Below are positions 10,335 through 20,316 of a stretch of DNA of 42,538 bases, in pieces. Below the pieces are notes generated by a model. That model ran no database searches, was not told the DNA's origin, and saw only the letters and a list, made by a program, of their open reading frames with translations. Source of the stretch: Rozella allomycis CSF55 (Eukaryota); contig KE561122.1 of the NCBI GenBank assembly GCA_000442015.1, positions 1-42,538 on the forward strand, given 5' to 3'. A program made the translations under genes and the position numbers. Every line of letters begins with the position of its first letter. Position 1 is the first letter of the stretch.

Positions 10335-12187
10335 TTATAATTTTGTGACAAAAATTTCGTCAAAAGGTTTTTCTTGATGCGCTTTGATTAACCCTTTGGA
10401 ACCAAAGGCCAAAATTTCGTAAAATGCAGTGGCGGCACTCTTTTTATTCTAAACTATTACAGTAGAGAATGAATTACCTTTTCAACAACTAGAGATGAGA
10501 ATGGAACGGTCTCATTTTGGGATATTTCAGTATTCAGAATTTCATTAACAATATCTTTTCTTTGATTGTAAATTGATTCTTCTTCCTCTTGAAGTTGAGT
10601 ATTCTGAGTAGCTTGACTAAAGATAGATTGAGAAACACTTGGAATCTCAAGATTAGGAACCTGAATTTCATCATTTGGAAAAATTGGTTCATTTATTGCA
10701 GGAAATTCATCAAATCCGCCTAAATCATCGTTAAAATTTGGAATGTTTTCGTTGTGATTTTCATTAATTGGAATGTTTAAATCTATTTCAAAATTTTCTT
10801 TTTCAAATTTCTCTTTTTCATGATTTTCTTTTAGTTCATTTTCTTTCGATTCAAAATTGTCGATTCCCCTAGAAGAAATTTCAGATTCTCTAATTTCTTT
10901 CATTGCTTCTAAATTCTTTTTTAAAGTTTCTTCAATAGTTTGAGTTAATTTATCGTTTAATTCAAAATCTAAAGATGAATAAAAAACATTTGAAGAATTA
11001 AAATTGTTTAATTTGATTGTTATTGGATTAATTGATATTAAATTTAACTTTTAAACTAATTGAATTAAACTTTACTGGCGTTCTAATTGATTTTGTGTTA
11101 CTTTGAAATTTTTTGAAATCTGCAGCTGAAAGTTGTAAAGGTCCAGATTCTTCCATTTTTCTTTTTCTTTGCGAATTCTGACTTTTATTTTGAGAAGATT
11201 TGGGTTTCGCACTTGATGGAAAATTTGTCTCAAAAAATTCATGAGAATTTTCTAAATTTCTTTTCTTTAAATAATCTCACCTTTCAAATTTAATGATAAT
11301 CTTTTAGTCGGAGTAGCTTGAAGGTTCTCTAGTGTATTGTTTTCAACTTCCATTGGAATCAAAGGAATTCTATCAATTACATTCATGATCTTTACTCTGC
11401 ATTATCCATTGGAATTTCCATTGGTGTTTCCATGTCCATATAATTATCATCAAATGGAAGAATTGGTTCAACTGATAACTGTGTAGCTTGGCTTTGGCGA
11501 CGACCTTCTTCAATCTCATCAACAACATCCATTTTGCTTTCTTCTCTTCCAATCATACTAACATCAGAAAAGCCATTCGATACAATGGTCTCCCTACGTG
11601 CCACTTCAACTTCCACTTGATCACTTAAGGGATCAAATTCAAGTGCATCATCCTCAAACGCAAATGCAAAGGGCTCGACAAAACTCACTCTTCTTCTAGT
11701 CTCTTCTGTTATTACAAAATTAGAATTCCTTTATTTTAGTTAATTAATTCTTTAATTACTCTAATAGTTGCCCAAGAACATTTTGGGCTCTATTTTCATG
11801 GTCATCAAGGACCGACAAAAAGGAATCAAAAGATTCTACATCCAAGTTAAATGATGACGGTTTAAATGCCTTTTATAAATCTACATTTTCATTACAAGCT
11901 TGATTTTCATAAACGCGTCATTACAATCATCCAATAAATATTTCGTTTTCCTCCAATATATTTTAACAACACCAAGTAATAAATGTCCAGATATTCTCAA
12001 TGCCACAGGTCCAACAGACTCCTTCAAAATTTCATCTAAATTAATAGCACCATCTACACATACCAACACTCGCCTCTATATCCGTCTGTGTAATTTGCTG
12101 TTTAGAAAGCTTCCTATCCCAGTGCGCTGCTAGCCATATGCTGGAAAGAGCCCCCTTTTTCGTCAAAATCGAATCAGAATAAAACAT
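10335..12187 (-). CDS. RAD21: Cohesin kleisin Rad21/Scc1 (Rad21/Rec8 family), 7 introns
   Basis: N-terminal 'MFYSDSILTKKGALSSIWLAAHWDRKLSK' and 'ALRISGHLLLGVVKIY'; C-terminal winged helix 'KKSAATAFYEILA…AHQEKPFDEI'. Confidence 0.93.
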
Positions 12188-12216
12188 GAAATTTACGAAA
12201 ACCTAAAGGACCTTTA

Positions 12217-12905
12217 TTACTTTTTCTCCAATATCGACAGTTCTATCCATGCATCTATTAATTCCTGTAAAGGAGAAAAATCTCTTCTTTCAAGAATATC
12301 AAATTCAAGTCCAAAATATAAAAAGTGGGATGTCAAGGTATTTAAATGGGAATCCAGGTCCAAATTTACATAGTCTTCAAAATGGAAATTATAAAGATGA
12401 CATATAATACGAAACATGAATTTGAAAAACGTCCTTATAATTGCTTCAAAATCTTTGTCAAACTCCACACCTTGGATTCCCACGCACAAATATTGTTACC
12501 CATCTTTGTTGGAAAAACTCTTTCATCATCAATTATTGCAAGCATCCATTCAAATGCCAATTCGGTGTATTGTTTTGCTGATACTTTGCTCGCTACCTTT
12601 TTAACAGGGTCAGTCCAAAGGCATTCAGACCTATGAAACCAATTTCCAAAAAATTACCCAATCGAATCCATCATTGGATTATGTGAGCACACTTCTCGAA
12701 TAACTTCGCAAAATTCTTTCAAATTCATGCAAAAATCAAATGCGTGGATAGCAAGCCATTCATTTTTATCAACGTATTTGGGCAATGACACAATTTTCTT
12801 CATATTTCCAGCAACTAATTTTGATTCCAAATACTTCTTTTCCAAATAAAGCGGTTTAATGTCATTATTAGACTTTTTTGATTTGAATTTGTTAAAGAAG
12901 GACAT
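12217..12905 (-). CDS. MOB2: MOB kinase activator (Mob2-like), 2 introns
   Basis: Motifs 'LVAGNMKKIVSLPKYVDKNEWLAIHAFDF', 'VSAKQY…IDDERVFPTK' and 'HLYNFHF…HLNTLTSHF'. Confidence 0.85.
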
Positions 12906-12918
12906 GGGAAATTTCTAA

Positions 12919-14139
12919 ATGACCGAAAAACGGAAAAAGCTCAATTTTAATGACCTGATTACAAGAAAAAGACTACAGAGGCCTGAATTTAACACTTTGA
13001 TAGATGTAAATTCGAACTTGAAGTTTGAAATCCCGAAACCAAATGAAAGAGAATTAGACCATTCAAAAGAGGAAAAATTAAATGAAAATAATGCAAAAAT
13101 TAATGTTGTATTTAAGCCTAAAGATTCAGATTTGCTTATCATGAAAGATAACTTTTCTCTTTTGGATTCCAGACTGTTTTATAGGATTAGAAGAATATCA
13201 TCGAAACAAAAAGAGAAATTGATCGGGAAATGTAAAGAATTAAGTTATTTGACATTACAGTAATAGAAAACAGGCACGTCGAGGAGGTGGGCTTGATTAA
13301 CAGTGAATTGAGATCATTTTTATCAGAACCTGATAATTTTATTAGCCTGGAGGATATAGAAAATCTGTTGAATTCTTTTGGATATCAGCATAAAGTCATA
13401 CAAATTCAAGATCGAGTTGTCTATGATTTCAAAATGAACTTGTCTAATTTCTGGTCAATATTTTCTTCAAATTTTGAGCCAAAGTAATTTCATGTGTAGG
13501 ATGAAATAGATTAAAATATTATTCAAACGAGGATAGACTGAAATTACTTAGGATATGTATCACATGCGTTCAAGATGAATTATTGGTTACAATGACAGCA
13601 TCATTCCTGATACCAATCAGATGCATCCTTGTTAATGACAATTCCGGAGAGATAAGGAAGAAAATCACTGATGATATTATCATTGGTCCCAAAGATTTTA
13701 TTTTCAAGTTTTTGAGCCTCCTTCCCGTTGAGTTGAATGATTTCAAATATCAAATTTGTAGCACATATTTAAATCATACAGAAGCGTTAGACATAATTGG
13801 CTTGGATTTGATTAGGTGGCTATTAAATGCCATCGATGAAAATTTCTCGATAAATGCGGCGAACGCGATATTTTTTAGCCATCTATTGTGGTATGTTTGC
13901 CTTTCTCAGGACATACAATCGGTAATTTCAAATTAATTTCTTTACAGGGTGATTTTAATGACATCATTAAAGTACTGAGAGATTTAGAACATCGGATTCC
14001 TAATAGCACACTCGAAGAAACTAACGGGACTCAAGTATTGCAGATATTTGCTATTGATTATTAGATTAAGGAAAATGTCATGAGAATTAAAAGCTATCTT
14101 AACTGTAAATATGGAACAAAAGTAAAAACTTTCGAATAA
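12919..14139 (+). CDS. Hypothetical protein, possibly SLF2/FAM178/Nse6-like (SMC5/6 loader, CANIN-like domain), 4 introns
   Basis: Four canonical micro-introns join the ORFs. 'ISLEDIENLLNSFG', 'YSNEDRLKLLRICITCVQDELL' and 'TQIKENVMRI' weakly recall the SLF2 C-terminal domain. The gene model is solid; the identity is tentative. Confidence 0.4.
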
Positions 14140-14210
14140 ACAATAATTTATGTCATTTTTTTAATGAGAAGGCCCTTTGTATTTTGGAAAATTCCTGAAA
14201 ATCCAGATCA

Positions 14211-15042
14211 ATGCCCTCATGTAATGATTGTCTAGATGAGGAACTTATAAATCTGGACGAAATTAACGACTTTTCACTTATTATGGATGAAAAATATCTG
14301 TTTATTGACGAAACAGATGTTGCAATACAAAGGCAGCATCGTAACAGTCTTTCAGATATGGATGATATTACTTTGGAAAAAAGCGATTTATGTAAAATAT
14401 TTTAAAAAATAATTAAAAAGTAATAGACGATATAGATATTCCTTTCAATTCGATATGCTTGAACGAATCTTTTTCTTTGGATTGTGAATCATCACTTTTT
14501 TCTAAATCATTAGAAATAGACAAAATTGAAAATGGTAAATTGCTCCCCAGGGATACAAAAGTAATCGATCCAATGTTCTTTCTCTTTAGGGTCTTATGGC
14601 GGAAGACAAAACTGCCAAAGAAACCCCGAACTCGAAGAAATTATCTGATACCGATAATATTAAAAAAGAAGGTTTCGTTGACCATAGCGGTCTTATTTTA
14701 GACGTGCAAAAACTCACTGCAGAATCCGCGCGCAACTCTAATACTAAAGGCAAGCCTTCAAACCCTGAATCATTATGCAAAGGAATACCAATTGGTTCAA
14801 AAACACAACCTCCAGTTGCCAGTCGCCTTAAGGCTCCCATACCGATCGTATCATTGTATATACCGCTTCAATAGGATGAGTTCGAATTGATAGATAGTAT
14901 TTTAACAACAACTCCAGTCAAAAATTTAAGAAATTTATCATCATCTCCATCTTTAAATCAGGGCCCACGAGTAACAATCCTTTTGGATAAAATGAAAAAA
15001 ACTAAAGCCAACGACAAACAATCATCAAATTCAGCGATGTAA
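14211..15042 (+). CDS. Hypothetical acidic/low-complexity protein, 3 introns
   Basis: ORFs 14211-14405, 14459-14701 and 14596-14874 plus a final exon (…DKQSSNSAM*) join in frame via canonical micro-introns. Confidence 0.6.
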
Positions 15043-15105
15043 CATAATAAAAATTTAATATAAATGATTTGTTCAAAATTGAATGCGTGCATCGATGTAT
15101 TCCTA

Positions 15106-15402
15106 CTAAAATTCCGTGAGCTTCTGAAAAACAACCTTTACGTAGCAAAACATAGGAAACATGCTATTTTTGCATATTGCATCGTACATTTCTTCCGATA
15201 TCTTACTGGGAGAAATCATAAACCACCCATCTGGAGAATAGAAAAATGTAGAAATCCATAATGCTACACAGAATAGAATCATGCAAGAAAAACATGGCTT
15301 CAAGGATACTAAATGTGAAATAGTCAAGATAATTATAAATAAAGGAGGAACACTTGTCGGTCTATGAAGTATCGTAAAGATTAGGGTAGATATGCAAGCC
15401 AT
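15106..15402 (-). CDS. BC10/BLCAP-family small membrane protein
   Basis: 'MACISTLIFTILHRPTSVPPLFIIILTISHLVSLKPCFSCMILF': MxC start, two hydrophobic segments and the KPCxxC motif typical of BC10. The 3' end is uncertain. Confidence 0.7.
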   Translation of the reverse strand: MACISTLIFTILHRPTSVPPLFIIILTISHLVSLKPCFSCMILFCVALWISTFFYSPDGWFMISPSKISEEMYDAICKNSMFPMFCYVKVVFQKLTEF

Positions 15403-15589
15403 GGCGGAATTCAACGCCGGAAAATTCGGGATTTGCGCAACAAAAGTTTACCCAAAAATAGATATGCTATACATTTCTACTTTAAGGCGAAATATAACGC
15501 GTGTCATGCTTTCTTTGAATTACAATTGCAGCGAGAACTTTGACATCAAAAAACGTTAGTATTTATTTGTTTATGGTTCTATTTGTTGC

Positions 15590-16082
15590 TTATTGATATG
15601 TAGACTGTAGATTTTGCTTCAATCTTTCATTTTCTTCTCTTAAATTTTTAATTACATTATTCTGCTCGAGTATTGTCAATTCCAATTGTGATAGAGTCAA
15701 CTTAATGAGGTCTATTTCCACTGTCGCAGATACCAGAAGCATATTCAAAGATTCGATTTCGTCAATTTCTGTTTCCGATGATCTTGGTGCAGAAAACAAT
15801 GGCGACCTAGCCGTAATTGGACTTGTAGTTGAAATATATTGCTGTCTATTTTGTCACAAAATCAAAATAATACTTTTTTGTAAACACGTACGAGCTATTC
15901 ATGGAAAAAGATCTTGACTTTGGTGTAAACTGGGTAACTTTATCAAACGACCTTCTAAGTGGAGTTCGTGGCTGTCTGTTTTCTATACTGGCATTGAATG
16001 GATTATTTTCCCGTATCGTCTTTTGAATTGAATGCATAATGATTACTTGTATCCGGGCTGGTCGAGCGTCATTTTCTTCCAT
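15590..16082 (-). CDS. Hypothetical protein with C-terminal coiled coil, 1-2 introns
   Basis: ORFs 15846-16082 and 15590-15799 join through a GTATTA…AATAG micro-intron; heptad-rich C-terminus. Confidence 0.6.
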
Positions 16083-16198
16083 AAAAGATATTTCGAATAC
16101 ACTCCAAAATTTTGATTTTAAAACATATTATAAGGCCATACGGAACAAAATCTAATCGTTCAAAAAATCCTCTAAGATTTAACCCCTGTTGGAAAAGC

Positions 16199-17762
16199 AT
16201 GAAAAAGCACGTCACGGAAGCACTTGAAGAAGAAGATATTATATCTGCGATTTCCAATTTGACTTTGGAAAAATTAAGTCCTCTTGAACACGATATTATT
16301 CGCCGTCAGGCAACGATCAACATAGGTACCATTGGCCATGTAGCACACGGAAAATCTACAATTGTGAAAGCTATTTCAGGCGTTCATGTAAGGGAATATT
16401 ATATTTGTTTTTCTAGACAGTTAGGTTTAAGAGTGAAATGGTCAGAAATATTACTATAAAATTAGGATACGCAAACGCCAAGGTAAGTGTCGCCTTATTT
16501 GATTGTTAGATTTACAAATGTCCAAAATGTAAAGAACCTGACTGTTACAAATCTTTCAAATCAAGCGAGCAGGATGAACCACCTTGCCCAAACTGCCAAT
16601 CACCAATGAATTTGGTCCGACATGTATCTTTTGTTGATTGTCCTGGACACGACGTACTTATGGCTACTATGTTGAACGGTGCTGCTGTAAATGGTTTAAT
16701 CTATTTTAAATAGGTTATGGACGCTGCATTGTTATTGATTGCTGCTAACGAAAAGTGTCCTCAACCACAAACGGCTGAGCATTTAGCTGCTGTTGAGATT
16801 ATGAGACTTGATAATATTATCATATTACAAAATAAAATTGACTTGGTTAGAGAGTCTGACGCGCTTAAACAACATCAAGATATTAGAAAATATGTTCAAG
16901 GAACGTCAGCATGTAATTCGCCAATTATTCCTGTCTCTGGACAGCTCAAATACAACATAGAATACGTTTGTGAACATATTGTCAAAAACATCCCAGCGCC
17001 TTTAAGGGACTTCACTTCTACCCCAAGAATGATCATTATTCGTTCTTTTGACGTTAATAAGCCTGGTACAGAAGTGCAAGACTTGAAGGGTGGTGTTGCT
17101 GGTGGAAGTATTTTGCAAGGTGTTTTGAAGGTCGGTGATTTGATTGAAATTAGACCACCAAGAGTTGTCCATGAAGAAGGAACATTAAAGTACAAATGTC
17201 TTATTAAATTTATTAGATTCGTGTCTTATTTTTCAAGAATACTTTCATTAAACGCTGAAAATAACCATCTTCCTTTTGCAATTCCAGGAGGACTTATTGG
17301 TGTTGGAACTCACATTGATCCTTCATTATGTCGAGGCGATTTACTTGTAGGAAAAGTTTTAGGACATGTTGGAACACTTCCCGAAGTTTATTCGTCAATT
17401 GAAATTGAGTTCAGATTATTCGTTTCCCTTCTTGGGGTTCGAAATGAACGCGGTCGCGAAGAAAGGGTCAAGGATCTTGATAGAAACGAAAACTTATTAT
17501 GTAATATTGGATCCACTGCTACTGGAGGATGTGTAGAACAAGTTATTAGAGGTGGAAGACAAGGATCACGCGCCAGAATATTGTTGCAAGTACCAGCATG
17601 CGCCACCCTCGGTGACAAAGTAGCTCTATCTCGTCGTATCGACAATCACTGGCGGTAAACACAATTGCTTTTTCATTATCAAGACTAATCGGTTACGGTA
17701 CAATTCAAGGCGGAGTAACTATCGAGAGATCAAATATGTTTGGTGGTGCACCAACGTCCTAA
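16199..17762 (+). CDS. GCD11: Translation initiation factor eIF2 gamma subunit, 5 introns
   Basis: Motifs '[19 protein letters not shown]', '[11 protein letters not shown]', 'QNKID', 'RSFDVNKPG…KGGVAGGS' and '[12 protein letters not shown]'. Confidence 0.97.
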
Positions 17763-17882
17763 ATAAATCTTGCACTTTATTTAAGCGTTTAGTAATATTA
17801 TGTTATAAAAAGTTGCTATTTTTGTTTAAATTAGTGGCTTTCTTAGCTTCAGACCCTGGTCATTCAAAAAAGAAAAACCGAA

Positions 17883-18666
17883 ATGACAAAGGATTTCTCA
17901 ATCGACCACCGTAAGATAAATTTCGAAATTTTACTTTTTAGAAGATTATAGCGACTTAATTAGCGCATCACCAGGAGGTCAAAAAGCAGCAAAAATTCGT
18001 AAGAGACTTCAGTTTCGTTTCAACGCTCGTGACGATATTTGCCTTCTACGCCTAGTTCTTGAATCCTTTCCCTATAACGCCCCACACGGTTTTAAGATGA
18101 TGGCATGGAATGAAATAGCAAACAAACTCAGAACAGACTTTGAAATGGAAGTTGATGGAAAAAGATGCAAGGAAAGAACTGATTTGATGTTTGAGCAGTT
18201 TATGAAAGGAGATAGAGAAAATTTGCACAGAAAAAGCACTGAGGAAGAAGTGATGGAAAAAGAATCACTCTTACAACAGCTCAAACTTATGATGGACGAA
18301 CTCCAAGTGGGAAAGAAGCGCTCTGGATACGTTAGAAAATCAGAACCAACTCATTCACAAGATTTACATGATCAACACCTGCAAGAATTATTGGGAACTG
18401 CTTCAAATGACCCAACAAAGGATTTGCAGTTGGAGGTTGAGATGAAGCATGCAGCTCAAATGAATGAAGCATACATGAAAGAACAAATGAATTTCCACGC
18501 CGCATGTATGCAAGGAAAGCCCGAAGATTATTTGAGTCAATCAATGTTGATGTGGAAACAAGAAGAGTTGAGATTAGAGATCCAGCAATTGGAAAATCTT
18601 ATTTTGATGAAAAAACGCCATTTGACAAGTCTTTTGCAAGCTATATCGGTTAAACCCCAACAATAA
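17883..18666 (+). CDS. Myb/SANT-like (trihelix) DNA-binding protein with C-terminal coiled coil, 1 intron
   Basis: 'FRFNARDDICLLRLV…PYNAPHG…AWNEIANKL…VDGKRCKERTDLMFEQF' fits the Myb/SANT-like pattern. Confidence 0.75.
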
Positions 18667-18778
18667 TACTCTTTAATAAAATTTTATTTCATTCGTTCTA
18701 TTTTTGAAGTCCGGTTTCCAAAATTATCTTTAGTGTCTATTTATTTTGAAACCCTCCAGGTAGAATTTAAAGTTTCGT

Positions 18779-19980
18779 ATGTGGAATTGGATAGATTCTC
18801 TTGACTGGAATGAATCATCTGCACCAAATTATTCCATTCTCTTTTCCAAGTCGACTACCACGAAATCTAAAATACGAGCCTTTATGGCAGACATATTCAC
18901 ACCATATCCTAAAGTAATTATGCAGGCGTATAATAATAATTAGAACGACGAAAGCATTGTATCCCAAATCTACTACGCTATTGAAGATTGCAAAGAGTCC
19001 TTAAGATTAAGTGGGGAAAGACAAAAATACCAACATGAATTGTTACAGTTTCTTTTGAATTTGATTACTATATTTTGCAAAGACTCTAAATGTTCTCTTT
19101 CCCTTGATGTTGGTTACAGAAACAAGTTTATGGAGAGCGTTACAAAGGGATTTTTCGAGCATGAAAAAGATTTGTATAAAGAAAGATATTATCATGGTAA
19201 TTTTGAATATTTTGTCATCAACTAGAATGTACCATCACAAGTGCCGTCAAAATCTATAATGGAAACGTCACCCCGAAAACAGACGAAATCCTTAAAACTC
19301 AAGCCAAAATTCTTGTTGAAAGCATTTATGACTTGTGTCGATTATTTACAAAGAAGGCGTTGATAAATCAAGGTACGTCGAATGAACTTGAAAGTTATCT
19401 TTGCGAATTTAACAGAGCCTATATTGTATACGAAGAGAATTTCTTGATGCAGCATTTACAACCATTTGTTACTCTGAAAATAGAAAGCAAATGTGTTGTC
19501 GAAAAACATCAGATTATCCTTCTGTCTCTCTTTGAAGGCCTGCGGATGTCCATTGAGTCTGGTTTAATTAAGCCAGATGATGTTGAATCATTTGATCCTT
19601 CCGTGATATTCAATTTACCTAAGCTGAGCGTAATATATCTGACGCATCATAATTTCTTAGGCGATGTACTGAATATTGATATTGAGGAGATAAACAGACA
19701 GTATATTTTACTCAAAGAGATCTTAATGCAGAAAGGCGTAAATGAAGTTATTTCAAACATATTAAATCCAGATGACCAGCCTGATGATGTGAATGTAACA
19801 AAATCTATTAGTTATATCACTTCCGTCCTAAAAATTGCATACTCATCATCAGTATTGGACGATTTAATTAGAATTACGTTAAAAACATACGAAAGAGAGT
19901 TTTATTCCAAATCAGATACCAAAAGAAATTCAATAATCCAGAGATTGTTAGTTGAATTTGTTCAAGATGTACTGTTTTAA
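18779..19980 (+). CDS. Lateral signaling target 2 (Lst2/ZFYVE28)-like protein without a FYVE finger, 2 introns
   Basis: 'LCEFNRAYIVYEENFL' and 'GLIKPDDVESFDPSVIFNLPKLSVI' resemble the Lst2 N-terminal domain. Confidence 0.6.
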
Positions 19981-20035
19981 GCAAATAAAATATAGTTTGT
20001 CAAATATTGATTTCGTAAATAATTTAAAGCCAAAC

Positions 20036-20287
20036 ATGAAAACAATAATCATGTATTTATCAGCCGTAATTGCGTATGACTGCTTCAACATTTCTTGCAA
20101 TGATTCAATTTGTACATCGACAATCTATTCAAAAGAATTAATAGCAGAATGCTGCCCTTTCTTATGCGACTGTCGAAAATATCCTTGTAATGACGGGAAA
20201 AAGTGCGCAAATGTTGCAGTTTGCATAAAGGAACCATGTGACGCAGAAAGTTTCATGTGCGTCGATGAAACAGAAAAGTATCAATAA
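20036..20287 (+). CDS. Small secreted cysteine-rich protein (83 aa, 12 Cys)
   Basis: MKTIIMYLSAVIA signal-like N-terminus followed by a 12-Cys mature region; intronless. Confidence 0.75.
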   Translation: MKTIIMYLSAVIAYDCFNISCNDSICTSTIYSKELIAECCPFLCDCRKYPCNDGKKCANVAVCIKEPCDAESFMCVDETEKYQ

Positions 20288-20316
20288 ATTTTGTTAACAA
20301 TCATACCAATGGAACT

